This document shows positions 25,346-37,420 of a stretch of 64,000 nt of DNA, piece by piece. Where the stretch lies: NCBI GenBank assembly GCA_028534125.1, contig CM052817.1, forward strand, positions 2,606,001 through 2,670,000, read 5' to 3'. The position numbers were made by a program, and so were the translations under genes. Each line of letters opens with the position of its first letter. Positions within the stretch are counted from its first letter, which is position 1. The notes beneath the pieces were generated by a model that ran no database searches, was not told the DNA's origin, and worked only from the letters and a program-made list of their open reading frames with translations. The stretch is from Lama glama (Eukaryota).

Positions 25346-27145
25346 TATAAAAGACACAGCAAAAAAACTAAACATCTGTATTTTTTTAAGTGGAGCAGAG
25401 GGAGCTGACTGCGAGCTTCCTCAGAGATGGGGCCCTCCACCCGCCTGCACTGGGTGTGTCACTCTGAGCACAGATTGTCAGCTGTGAGGTCTGGGAGACA
25501 CCAGCCAGACTCTCCACAGAATTTAGCTTTCAACCTGGACGATTCTGAGAATGAAAGGGGACAATGTTAGTAATAAGTCTGGAACAACAGGTGTTAACCT
25601 GTCCCCAAACAAGCATGGTCACCTTACCCGTAATGACGACCCGTTGGGCGCCAGGCACTACACAGGGTGCCTGCCGACCCACCACCTTGAAGCATCACAA
25701 AAACTCCAGAAAGGAGGAGGGGAAACTGAGGCTCAGAGAGAGCAAGCCACTGTCCCAGGGCCACCCTGCAGCTGTGAGGCTGAGCCTGGAGCAGAAACGA
25801 TCTCCAACCCATGCCCCAGAAGTCCTGATGGCGACAAAAGGCTCAGGCTCCACCAGCCTGCTGGGGAGGTGGGCAGGTGGTTCCACAGCAGTGGCCAGCT
25901 CATGCACACACACCCGTGCTCCAAAGGTTTAGGAAGTTCTAGAACCACAGATGAGCACAAAGGGCAGCCCCGATGCTTACTTGCCAAGTGGCTCTGGGCA
26001 GGCTCTCTCAGCCTCTGAGCCACAGGTCTCCAGCGAGGGGCCTTGAGAGACTGAGTCTGGGAGCAGCGCGGTGGGTTAGTGTCCGGAAAGCGCAGCCCGG
26101 CTCGTGCTGTGACGCAAGAGAAGGCGCCTCCACATCCCTGAGCCGGGCAGGACTGGCGGCCAAACCACGTGACGCACCCTGCGCTCTGGTTCTCAGCGGG
26201 AGCCTGACAGGGAGGAGAGAGCCCACCCCCGCCCCTCCCCCAGCACGGGCACTCAGGAGCCCCTCTCCCCCAGCCTTAGCCTGTGGGGGATGTATATCCT
26301 CTCCCTGCGACACCCTACAAGCCGAATGACCTGAGACAGACAACCTGAGCAGACAGGGTGACCTCGCAGGGCGTCCTAGGACAACCTCACACGAGCAGAG
26401 CCAGGAGGCTGGACCTGTACCCCAGGCCTGCTCCCTCCCCTGGGGTGGTGGCCTGGGCCATAGGTGACCCAGCCCCGTGAGGTTGAGGACCATCAGCACC
26501 TCCCAGGGGGCAGTGAGGATCATCCAGGGAGCCTGACCACTGCAGGGGCCTGGCCACAGAATGAGAACCTCAAGAACCCTGTAGGCAGGAACACAGACAC
26601 ACACCACCCGCATCACAGGACTGTGACAGTGGTGCCGGCAGGCCCTTTACACAGGCTCCTTCCCAATCTCCTGCAAGTTCCAGGCCAGGGTCTCCAGGGA
26701 AACGGATGGTGGGAGGAGCAACTGTGACAGTCCTGAGGCCCCAGCCTGGCCTTCCACCCAGGATCCCCTCCACCCATGCCCAGGGGACGCTGAGTCTCAG
26801 GCCTGGATTGCTCCCAGTTTGCCCAACTGATTTTGAAAACTTTGTAGGATGGGAAAGAGCCAGCTGTTTGCTCAGATAGCGCCCACCCCTGCCTGTGCCT
26901 GGGTCAGTCTCCATGGACGGGGCGGTCTCTTCGTTTAAAGCACAGGAAGAGGAGCTGGTGACATCTCAGCTCCAGGACCTTTGACCACAGTGAGCCTTCT
27001 GGTGCCTCAGGTGTGGTGGAGGGGGCCTGTGGATGTCAGCTTCCCTTCAGGTCCGGGGCTGGAAGATCTCAGAGGTCTGCACTGAGCCGGAGTCCACTCC
27101 CCAGCAGCTCCCAGGAGAGGGGCCTAAGAGTCAGGACCCACCCAC

Positions 27146-27247
27146 CTAGTCACAACATATGGGGCAAAGTGGATGATGAAGGACCCACTGAAAAGCCTGA
27201 TCTTTCCGAAGCACAGCTTCTGCTCACTGAGGCAGCCCTGCTGGACG
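27146..27247 (-). pseudogene. GPR78: GPR78 pseudogene, exon 2 remnant
   Basis: ctgcag|(S)VQQGCLSEQKLCFGKIRLFSGSFIIHFAPYVVTR|gtggg; resembles recalled GPR78 VRQRCLIQQK...KIGIAIATFLICFAPYVMTR; 102 nt, open frame. Confidence 0.8.
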
Positions 27248-28024
27248 CTGCAGGGAGAGGAGAGGTCAGCAGACAGGGCACCTGGGAGGGCAGGGGACAG
27301 AGGCGAGCCCAGGCAGGTTCATGAGGGATGGTCCGGCTGGACAATCCAAGGAATACAGAGGGACAGGACAAGAGAGAGAGCCACAGAAAGACATGGGTTT
27401 CCTCTGTAAAAGTGAAGGAAGTGGAGGCACAGAGGGCAGGATGGAGGGGACCATCTTTCCCCCCTTTCCTTCTCTAAGTTCCCCGCTTCCGCTCTGTGGG
27501 TGGGGAACTAAGATTCCTGAGGGAGGAGCAGAGTGGACCCACAGTGAGAGGGGGCCGCCTGGGCCTGCCTGGCGTGGGAAGGAGTGTGGCCTGGAGCAAG
27601 AGAATTGCAGAAGCTCGGTGCACAGGTCAGAGGAGGCAAACCCAGCCATGATCCCAGCTGGAGACTCAATGGGCAAGTGCATGCCACGCAGTGAGCACAC
27701 ATAACCTGGGTCTCAGTTCAGACGAAGGCACTGGGTCAACAGGGCAGAGGTCAGGAGGACCAGGGCACAGCTGACCCCCACACACACTCAGGGTGGGGGC
27801 AACCCTTCCCAGAAGCTCAGACCTCCCAAGCTTGGCCCCAGAGCTCCTGTCCGCTGCCGCACCTGTCCCACAGGGCTAATGCCAACGCTGAGAAGCAGCA
27901 GAAGCCCAGAGAAGTGTACAAACAAGCCAAAGTGGAAACGTGTGAGCAGCGTGCAGGGGAAGTTGTTGGTGCCAGCAAGCGCCTCTGAGCCAGCTGCCAG
28001 GGGAATACAGGAGCCCAGGTGCAG

Positions 28025-28693
28025 CCTTCGGGGCTGGGCGGCATACACGAGCCAACTACCTGAATGGTGATGAAGTCGTTGTGTCAAGAGTGGTCACGCG
28101 CCACCCCCAGCACCTTGAGCTAGCGAGGCTGAGCACCGCCAGCGACAGGCGAAGCCGCCCGCATGGGGCGCGGAAGCCAAGGTGGTGGAGCTCCGGCTCT
28201 TCTCTCAGACAGCAGGCGCAGTGAGCCCGACGCAAAGGCCCCGAGGTAGCCGAGCCAGGAGCAGGCGAGCGAGGCGAACGCGAAGGCCAACAACTGCCCT
28301 CTTGAGTAGGCCAGCAGCAGGTGGGCGTGGCGTGGTCGCAGGCGCCCTGCATAGCGCACCGGGAAACAGACAGACCGCAGGCCGCTGCTCCGCGCTCACT
28401 GCCGCCACTTTCAGCGTGGCGCCACATAGGACGCCAAGAAAGTGTCCAGAAAGCCGATGTCCTGACACGCTCCAGGCCCCGATGGCGACCGCCCCGGCAG
28501 TGCGACGAGCAACGTGAAGGACAAGTCGCCGCCAGCAGCAAGTGGCCCAGGGACAGGTTCACCGGTGGAAGATGCCCGAAGCGCGCGCGCAGCTTGGCTG
28601 TGTAAGCGCAGGGCAGCACCAGCGCATTGGACAGCAGCGACGCGGCCAACACCAGAGCGAGCGGCCCCGCCGGCAGCGCTCTCCCCAGCCCTT
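28025..28693 (-). pseudogene. GPR78: GPR78 (orphan class A GPCR) pseudogene, exon 1
   Basis: GPR78-like blocks LLSNALVL..VNLSLGHLLLAA / GACQDIGFLDTFLAS / VAAVSAEQ / RYAGRLRPRHA..CSWLGY / LSLAVLSLAS lie in different frames; the start position reads gccAAGggc; syntenic between TRMT44 and CPZ. The 3' boundary is approximate. Confidence 0.9.
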
Positions 28694-29270
28694 GGCGCTA
28701 GCGGCTCGCCTGGCGCCCTGAGGGACAACAGTAGCGGGGGGCCGACTGGGCGCGGGCAGAAGAAAGCGCGGCGAGGAGCCGGTGCGCCCGCGGAATCCGC
28801 AGATCCCGAGCCTGCGGGCAGTTTCGGAGCGGCACGCAGGGCGGCGGCAAGCGCAGGGTTCCGGTGCACTGGCCAAGCGCGCTGCGCGGCGCAGCTGGGC
28901 GCGGCCCGGCGGGCGGAGAGCGGACGCAGCCTCCCCGGCCACCGCCCGCGGCGCTGTCCAGGGTGCTGAACGCAATCGCCGCCCCGCGCCCAGCCCGGAG
29001 CTGCCCTGGCACCGTCCCGTGGCCGAAGCTAGGCGGGAGGGCACGGGAGGCAGGGCGCGCGGAGGTCTCTTTGCTGTCGTCTTGCCTTTCCTTCCCTTCT
29101 CGTGGACTGGAGGGAGGGGGCTTCACGCCCCTCTGCTCGGGACCAGGTTGGTTCTGGCAGTGGTCACGCCTTCTCCGCCAGAGGCTCTGGATTGACTCGT
29201 GCGCAGTTGAAATGCTAGCCAGCCTTCTCCAATGCCCCTCACCGCGCCCGCTGCCCTCCTCTGCGCTGGC
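28100..29270. promoter_or_regulatory. CpG island over GPR78 pseudogene exon 1 and its promoter
   Basis: High CpG density and GC boxes at 28700-29060. Confidence 0.8.
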
Positions 29271-30444
29271 ACCAAACTGGAGTCCCCGTGGTTTTGGGGG
29301 GAATCGGAGACAGGAGACTGAGGGGGCAGAGGGAGCCCTGCAAGGTCGGCAGGGGGAGTTACAAGGAGGGATCTAGAGAGAGGAAGCATGCGTTGGCTCG
29401 GCTGAGCTCCCAGCTCAGGGCCAGGGCCAGGATCCATCCTTGTTGAACCAGAAAGAGTGTCAAGAAGTGGAAACAGGGTTGGAGGAGGGATGAGAGAAGG
29501 AGGGAGATGAGGAACAGGAAAGAGGAGACGAGAATGTCAGGGGATGGGTGTGGTGAATAGGTATAGAAAAGCAGGCAGAGAGAGAAAGGAGGGTTGGCTT
29601 CCAGCTTCCTGCAATCTTGGAAACACCTTTGGAGCTAGGACTCTCTGCTCCCTGTGGCTCCTGGACCCCCTGAGGGGGGCTGTCTCTCTCCCCACCTCCC
29701 CTGACCCCTCTCAGTTTCTGAACCTAGTCACCCCGTGGGCATCTTCCAGTCCTTTCAATGGCCAGTTGGCAGGACAAGAATGAGGAGAAGGCACTTGGAG
29801 ACTGCTGGTTCCGGGAACCTTCTTGGAATCTCTGCAGTGGCAACGCCAACATAGAAGGAACCAGAAGACAGACTCTCACCGCAACTTTCCCCACCCCTAC
29901 CTACCCATTCCCACCTACCTACCCTCACCTGGAGGCTCTGCCAGCCTAGCCCTTTCTGAAGGACAAAGTGGCTAGTGGCAAGGGGGCTCACCCTCGTGGG
30001 GGTCTCCCTGGTGCCTGTGCTGTAAGGCCTGGAGAGAAGGCAGGTGACTGGAGGAAGCAGCAGGTCAGGCTGGCCACGTGGCCTCAAGCAAGTCACTTAG
30101 CCTCCCAGGCCTCCTTTCCTTGTCTGTGTAACAGGGATGTTAATAGCTAGTAATTGCATCTGCCCTGTGTGGCTGCTGTTTGGATTAAACCAACAAATGT
30201 GCACCCAGGGCTTAGAACGGTGCCCGGATGCCACAGTGAGCACTCAGAGCAATGCCTGCCTCTATTATGATTCCCACCTGTTTTTTTTTTTTGATGATGG
30301 GGTAATACAAATGATTAGTTCTGTTAATACTCAATCCTTGAGTACATGAAATGAGAAGTAGTCATAAGCGCTTCTGCACAGAAGACAGTGGTTGTCTTGA
30401 GGAATAGCACCCACTTGAGTTGTGAGCTAAACTAGCTGCTTTAA

Positions 30445-30700
30445 AAAAATTTTTTTTATTAAATTGTAGTTGATTTACAATGTTACTTTCAATTGTACAG
30501 CAAAGTGATTCAATTATACATATATACACACATATATTTTCAGATTCTTTTCCATTATAGCTTATTACAAGAAATTTAATATAGTTCCCTGTGCTGTGTA
30601 CTAGATCTTTGTTGTTTATCTATGCTATATATAGTAATATGTGTCTGTTAATCTCAAACTCCTTATTTATCCTCCCCCACTTTCCCTTTGGTACCCATAG
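30445..30700 (-). mobile_element. L1 3' UTR fragment
   Basis: Poly-T start, then tagttgatttacaatgtt..tgtacagcaaagtgattca...; the reverse complement is similar to the L1 3' end at 40485-40735. Confidence 0.8.
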
Positions 30701-32898
30701 TTGCTGATTTCCTAGTCGGGGAAAGGAAGGCCACACAGCTATAAACCAGGGATTCGGGGAATCAAACTCGCTCCAACCCCAATGCTCTTGTCATCCCTCC
30801 ACACAGAGAGGCCATCAAACAGCTCCAAGCCCAGCTTCCATTCTTTAGATACAGCCACTTCTTCTTGCCCTTTCCCTCCTGTCAACTGGCTTTTGAATCC
30901 AAGAGAAATTGTCACCAGATTAGACCCCACCTGAAACAAGAACAGCAATGTCAGAGCCTCGAGGATTTTCCCAGGAAGCTGCAGGCAGCTCTGCAGCCCC
31001 TGCCTCAGTTGTGGGCACAAGGAAACAGCTGGAAGAGTGGAGGCAGCCCAGATGGCACAAGGGTGGGGGCTCCCCTAGCCCCTTCAAGGCTCCTGAGTGA
31101 CCATGGAGCCTCCATGGAGGTGTCAGGTGGCTTCACAGGGAAACTTTGGTCCAGCCGCTTAGAGTAACTACCGTGCCCTCTAAGTGTCTCCAGGGAGAGA
31201 CAGACTCCAGGGAGGTCCCTTGGGAAAGATGAAGCGTGAGGAAGAAGGGCTCTGGCCATCAGTATTATGTAAAAACAAGCCATCCACTCCTCCACAAGGA
31301 TTTATTGGGCACCCAGCGTGTGTAAGGGGCCTTGTGGGCACTACATGGACTGAGGAAATTAAACAAGATTTGGTTCTCACACCTTGATGAGCAGAGAGAA
31401 GATGTAGACATAAGATAAATAAGATCTGATAAACAAAACCGCCCATGTCCTATGGGAAATAGTGATCTTGTTTTTTAAGGCAAGTGAGTTGTGTCAGTTG
31501 CGTCAAGTTGAAGCGTGTCATTTGTGAGCCAGCTCATTTCCAGGAACATGCACTGAGAGCTTGTTTTGTGCAACTGGGAAGGAAAAGTAATGAGTAAAGA
31601 GGAGAAAGAATAAGCGTTAACCGAGGCTTTGGGATTTTGCTCAATTTTAAGCATATTTTATTATTAAGCTCATTTAATTCTCACCTCAGCCCTAGGAGAT
31701 GCGCATTCCTGCCCCAGCTTTTCAGATGAGAAAACAATTCGGAGCAGTTAGCCTTTGATTAAGTCACAGAAGCATCATCATTCCAGCCCAGGTCTTCTGT
31801 TTGGGCTGAAACAGAAGTGTCAGCAGGCGCACAGAGGAGCTGGGGCTCTCCCAGCCGACAGCTGGGGAGAGGCTTAGGAGGAGAATGCAGGGAGGGCTCT
31901 CCGGGGCAAGGCAATGTCGTCGATGAAGTCAGAGTGTGCACTGGAAGATGTGGCCAAACAGGTGTGTGTGTGTGAGAGGTCACGGCGGCAAAAGTAGCCA
32001 GCAGATCCTGGAGGGCTTCGAGGGGCACTAAGGAATGTCTCAGGCAATGTGGACCCATTCATTCTCGCTGAGCAGAGGAGGATTTCGGGAGGCTGCGCTG
32101 AGCTTTGTCACGGAGATGTGTATCCCAGCAAGAATGGGCAAGACTGCGTAGTGCAGGCAGGCTCCAACTTTTTAGAGTGCCGATTTTAAGTTGGGGTGAA
32201 AATATTTAACATTGTAGTAAAGTTTTTTCTGAGGTTGAAAGATACATGGGTTAGACTCTGTTATGTCACCCTGCAAGGAAGTTAAAGGTTTCATCAGGAA
32301 CGAGATTGGAGGGTAAGAAGATTGAATGGTATTGTTCTGAGAAATCCACAGGGTTTGAAACCGCCACCTACAGCCCGGAGTGGGAGGGGCAGCCTGGCTA
32401 CTGTGATCTGAGACCAGGATCGCTGGGGGCTTTAGGGAGCGCGAAAGGCACGTCTCCTGATCGAGCAACACGCCCCAGCCTCGCACTCCGGTGAGCTTCC
32501 TTCCAGGCAAGCACCCCAAAAGAACAACCTGAAACTTGCAGGAGAGGGAAGGCAGGAGGGCTGAAAGAGAAGCGAACTGCACACCCAACAGCAGGAAGGT
32601 GGCAAATACAGAATTGCAGCCCCCATTGAAAGGCTGGTGTGCCAAGGACAATGCTTGTGGAGTATTATTTTGCAAAAAACACTGAAAATACACTGCGATC
32701 TCAACTCTGAGCAACATCTGGAAAGGACTGGGTGGAAATGCAGTGGTCACCTGTGGTTGGTAGAATTATGAGAAAGAACATGGGGCGGGGAGCACCCACC
32801 CTTCCTTTCTCATATAGTCCTGCCTTCCGACCCTCATGCCCAGCGTAGCAAGGAGGAACTCTCAGAAGTTTTTAAAGGGATGAAAAATACTCAGAAAA

Positions 32899-33688
32899 CA
32901 AGTCAAAACTACAATGAGATATCACCTCACACCAGTCAGAATGGCCATCATTCAACAGTCCATGAACGATAAATGTCGGTGGGAATGCAGTTTGGTGCAG
33001 CCACTATGGAAAACAGTATGGAGATTCCTCAAAAACTAAAAGTAAACCTACCGTATGACCCAGCAATTCCACTCCTGGGCACCAGAAAGGAGGGAACTCT
33101 AATTTGAAAAGGGGCATGTGCCCCAATGTTCACAGCAATGCTATTTGCAATAGCACGGAAGCAACCAAACTGCCCATCAACAGAGGACTAGATAAAGAAG
33201 CTGTGGTATATTTAGACAGTGGAATACTACTCAGCCATAAAAAGAATAAAATGATGCCATTTGCAGCAACGTGGATGGACCTAGAGATCGTCATTCTAAG
33301 TGAAGTGAGCCAGAAATAGAAAGAAAAATACCATGTGGTATCACTCATATGTGGAATCTAAAAAAAAAAAGGACACTATGAACTTATCTACAAAACAGAA
33401 ACAGACTCACAGACATGTATCAGTCTGTGAACAATCTTATGTTTACCAGGGAAAGGGGGTAGGAAGGAATAAATTTGGGAGTTTGAGATTTACAAATGTT
33501 AGCCGTTATATATAAAAATAGATTAAAAAATAAATAAGTTTCTTCTGTATTGCACAGGGAACTATATTTAATATCTTGTAATAACCTTTAATGAAAAAAA
33601 TATGGAAATGAATAGATGTATGTATATGCATGACTGGGACATTGTGCTGCACACGTTGTAACTGGCTGTTCTTCAATTAAAAAAAAAT
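32899..33688 (+). mobile_element. 5'-truncated L1 (ORF2 C-terminus + 3' UTR + poly-A) with TSD
   Basis: MPFAATWMDLEIVILSEVSQ ORF2-end motif; TSD tactcagaaaa at 32888-32898 and 33689-33699. Confidence 0.9.
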
Positions 33689-34844
33689 TACTCAGAAAAA
33701 ACTGTCAGTAAAGGAACCGGATTGAGAGAGCAAGAGAGATACAAATACAGAAATGCTGGTAACAAAACTATACGAAATGTTCCAACTTCCTCATGATCAA
33801 AGTCACACAGAGAGAGAGGGAAGACTGGTTCCTCACTCTTCGTTGGGAAAATCACCTTCCAGAAGGGCGGGAGCACAGACGAAGCATGTGCTGTCTGTTT
33901 GGCGAGACATTAAAAGAGGTTTCTTCCTCGGCAGAGAAAGCCAGGCTTTCAACACCAGGGAACGCTGCTGTGGCTGCAAGGGTGTGGACACACAGAGGCC
34001 CAGGGCCGTTCATCAGACAGACCTGCAGACATTGCTTCCGCACGAGGAGAGGCCAGGAGCCGGGGGGAGCGTGGTTTGCTTCTACGTTGACGGGCCTGGA
34101 GAATCCGTCCAGGATTATCACCGAGTTAACGCAGAACACACGCGGTCACGCATCACATGGTAGGGTGTCACTGTGAACTTGTGCATGTGTGTGGAGGTGG
34201 GTGTGCAGGTGACTGTGCATGCATACACGTGTGTGTGCAGGTGAGCATGCGTGCATGTGGGAGGCAGGTTTGTGTGCACCCAGAAAACACTGACATGGGG
34301 TTCAGCAAAAGGTTCAACATTGATTTCTCTGGAAACAGGACTTGATCTGATTTTTTAAAATTCTTCCTCATCTCCTGTGTATTTCTTTTGACTCCTTAAT
34401 GATACACAAAGAAAAGCAAAAATGCTGTTTTCAGAACAATTCTCTCACTGATCCCCCGCAGAGAAGCCATGGGAAAAACACACACGGGCTCTGTGATCTC
34501 CGCTCTTGAAGAACAGCTTGCGACCGCTCCTTCTGCGGCCTGCGTGACCGAGCCAGAGCACCCGCGGCAGGCTGGCGCCCCTCCCCTGCCAAGGGGCACT
34601 GCTCCCAGCAGCTCCCCGGGGGCAGGCCAGCCCTTGGAGGACTCCAGGAACTGGGGCACTTCTGAGGAGCTGCTGAAAATTCTTTAATTCAACCCACACT
34701 GTGGGAGACCTTCAAGGCAGAGCTGGGATGGGCCCTTGGGTGGCTCCTGGGATGACGGCTGAGTGGGACTTCATGGGGTGAAACGAGGGGCTTTGGGGCC
34801 CGCTGAGGGCCAGCTTTTGATGTCGTCTGAGTTTAGTTGCACGT

Positions 34845-35290
34845 CTATTGTCTATGCTGCCTAACAAATTACCCACTTAAGCCAACCATCATCCATCCAG
34901 CATCCACCACTTCAGCAGGCCAGAAGTCCATGCAGGGCTCAGCTGGGTCCTGGGCTCAGTTTCAGGCAGGCAGACTGTGGTCCCTCTGTAGCGCCGGGTC
35001 CTCTTCCAAGCTCACAGGGTGTGGGCTAAGGTTTGCTCTCAGGCCCTGGCCGTGCAGCTTCTTACCTCCAGAGCTTGCAACAAAGAACACCCCTCACATA
35101 AAGCCCTCTTTCCGTGACGAGTCCTGATTAGGTCTGGCCCACCAGGATACTCCCGCTTTCTTAAAGTCAGGAGTGAAATCCCATCAGAGTAGCATGGCCA
35201 ACCCCCCTTCCAGGGGAGCCAGTGATGCAGATGTGCACACCAGGGGGCGGGATCTTGGGGCCATCTCAGAATTCTGCCCTCCATGCCACC
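34845..35290. mobile_element. Probable old MaLR (MLT1-type) LTR
   Basis: tgctgcctaacaaattaccc...cagaagtcca..gggctcagctgggtcct...ggggccatctcagaattctgcc motifs; diverged. Confidence 0.5.
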
Positions 35291-36864
35291 CACTCATGTG
35301 GCCTCATCCCTCACCCTGAGCACTTAGCAGGGATAAGGGCACTGACCCCGGGCACAGCCCTCGCAGAAGCCTGCCCAAGTTTTTAGGCCTGATTAGCAGG
35401 CTGCAGTCTGGTCTCAGGGCTCGTCTGGCCCAGCCAGCCCTGCAGCACTGGCCACGGTCCTGCCTCCACACGGCTGCCGCCAGCGCCCAGCTGGCCCAGC
35501 CAGGCCTGCCAGAGCCTGTGGGCCGGGAGGCCAGGGCCCAGGGGTCAGAAAGGGGTACACTTGCAATGAACTTAGCACCTGAGGCCTAGCTGAGGAGGAC
35601 ACGGCCCAGGACCCTCACTGTAGGCCACCTGCACCCCTGAGACCACACCGGCTGCCTGGAAAGTTCCCGGGGGCCCTCCTTTCCCATTTTTCTGGAGCTG
35701 GAGGCCCTCCTGGGAGGGAGGGGCGGCTAATGGGGGAAACAGCTGGTCTGGAAGCTCAGCCACACTGGGCATGGTGCTGAGGTGGCAGGCTGGCCTGGCC
35801 CCGGGCGGTGGGGCTCAAGCCTCGCCTACAGCCCCGGAACCTAGGCCAGGCCCCAGCTCTCAATCCTGGGATGCCACTGCATGCCCTTCACTTGGCGGGT
35901 CCCATCACTTGTTTTATGGGTGGGAAATGGGGCCCTGAGGGTCTCTTACTTACGTACGTTTCTCATTCAGGCCTCACAACCACCCTGGAAGCAAAGGCGC
36001 CTCATCCTCTTTCAAATACCAGAGAGCAGAGCCTCTGCTGGCGAAGTGAAGTGCCGAGGCCTCGAGTGAGTTACTAGATGAGTATCTGGGTCTCACTTGC
36101 ATTCATTCAACAAACGTGTCCCAGGCACTGACTCTGGGCTGACCCTGGCTGGGCTTGCGGCACAAAGCAGACGCACGGTGCTCCCTGACCTCAGGCAGTG
36201 ATGCCAATACAGCTGGGAGGGGCTGCAGGGTCAGGACCAGCCCCTCCACCAGCAGCAGCTTTGTCCACAAGCAGCACAAGCCTTCACTGGCCACTTGGAG
36301 GCCTCTCTGCTCCCGCCACTGGGGTGGGAGGGTGAAGGGCACCTCGGCCTGACAGACCTTATTGCCTGCAGGCCAGACAGACTGCATCCTGGGAGACTCC
36401 TGGAGACCAGCTCTCCTTGGGGAGCAGACACTTCTCACACCCTCACTGGCTTGGACCCTGCCAGGGGCTGGACTCTGATCGGTGGCCCTTCCCAGCTGAG
36501 CACTGACCCCCAGCCTCCCTCCTCCCTCTGCATGGCTCCTTCCCAGCCGCCACCACTGAGATCCCCCCAGCCCTCAGGCTCTCCTGGGTTCTCTCCCTGC
36601 CATGGCATCACCATCCTCCCACCTCCCCCAAACCCTCAGAGCACTTGTGACTCTTCCCACTCCCTTCTCCTGATCCTCAATCCAGTTGCGGGTCCTGTCA
36701 ATCTCCTTGGACATCAGCCTCCACTTGTTTGCCTCCCAGGAATGGGGAACTCACTACTTGTAAAGCCCCTTACTCTAATGTTCCAGGACTTCTTCCTCCT
36801 AGCCTTGGGTCCTTGCACACACCAGTCCCTAAGTAACAGCAGTCCAGAAGTCCTTACTTGGTAG

Positions 36865-37420
36865 CATCTGCAGGGATTTCCCGTGGCCACAGTAACAAAC
36901 CACAGAAAAGCAGCTTCAAAGAACAGATACTTATTCTGTCACAGTTTAAGAGGCTGGAAGTCTGAATTCAAGGTGTCGGCCCGGCTGGTTCCCTCTGCAC
37001 CCGGGGCAGGGTCCTTCCTGCCTTTTTGAACTTCTGGTAGCTGCCAGTAACCCCTGGCTTGTGGCCACCGCCCTCTAGTCACTCCCTCCATCAACACACG
37101 GCCTCCCCCTCTGTGCACCTCGCCCCTTTTCTTCTCTCATGGGGATGCTTGTCATTGGATCTAAGCCATGTCCTTAGACCAGATGAACAAGGTTGTGCTG
37201 TGCAGCACAGGGAAATATACACAAGATCTTGTGGTGGCTCACAGAGGAAAAATGTGGCAATGAATATATATATGTTCATGTATAACTGAAAAATTGTGCT
37301 CTGCACTGGAATTTGACACAACATTGTAAAATGATTATAAATCAATAAAAAATATTAAAAAAAAAAAAGACATGTCCTAATCCAGGATGACCTCAGCTCA
37401 AGTTTGCTAACTTCAGATGG
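36865..37420. mobile_element. MLT1-type LTR interrupted by a short young L1 3' end (37175-37366)
   Basis: LTR motifs gtaacaaaccacagaaa, ttattctgtcacagtt..ggctggaagtctgaattcaaggtgtc. The L1 tail ends aataaaaaatattaaaaaaaaaaaa and is flanked by aag(c/a)catgtcct duplications. Confidence 0.7.

Noticed and set aside
26120..26210. Possible GPR78 exon 3 remnant (cgccagtcctgcccggc on the minus strand)
   Set aside because: The match is too short, and no TM7 (DPFTYSLLR-like) motif is visible.
27845..27870. ag|GTGCGGCAGCG (VRQR) resembling the start of GPR78 exon 2
   Set aside because: Similarity ends after ~11 nt; the full exon 2 homolog is at 27146-27247.
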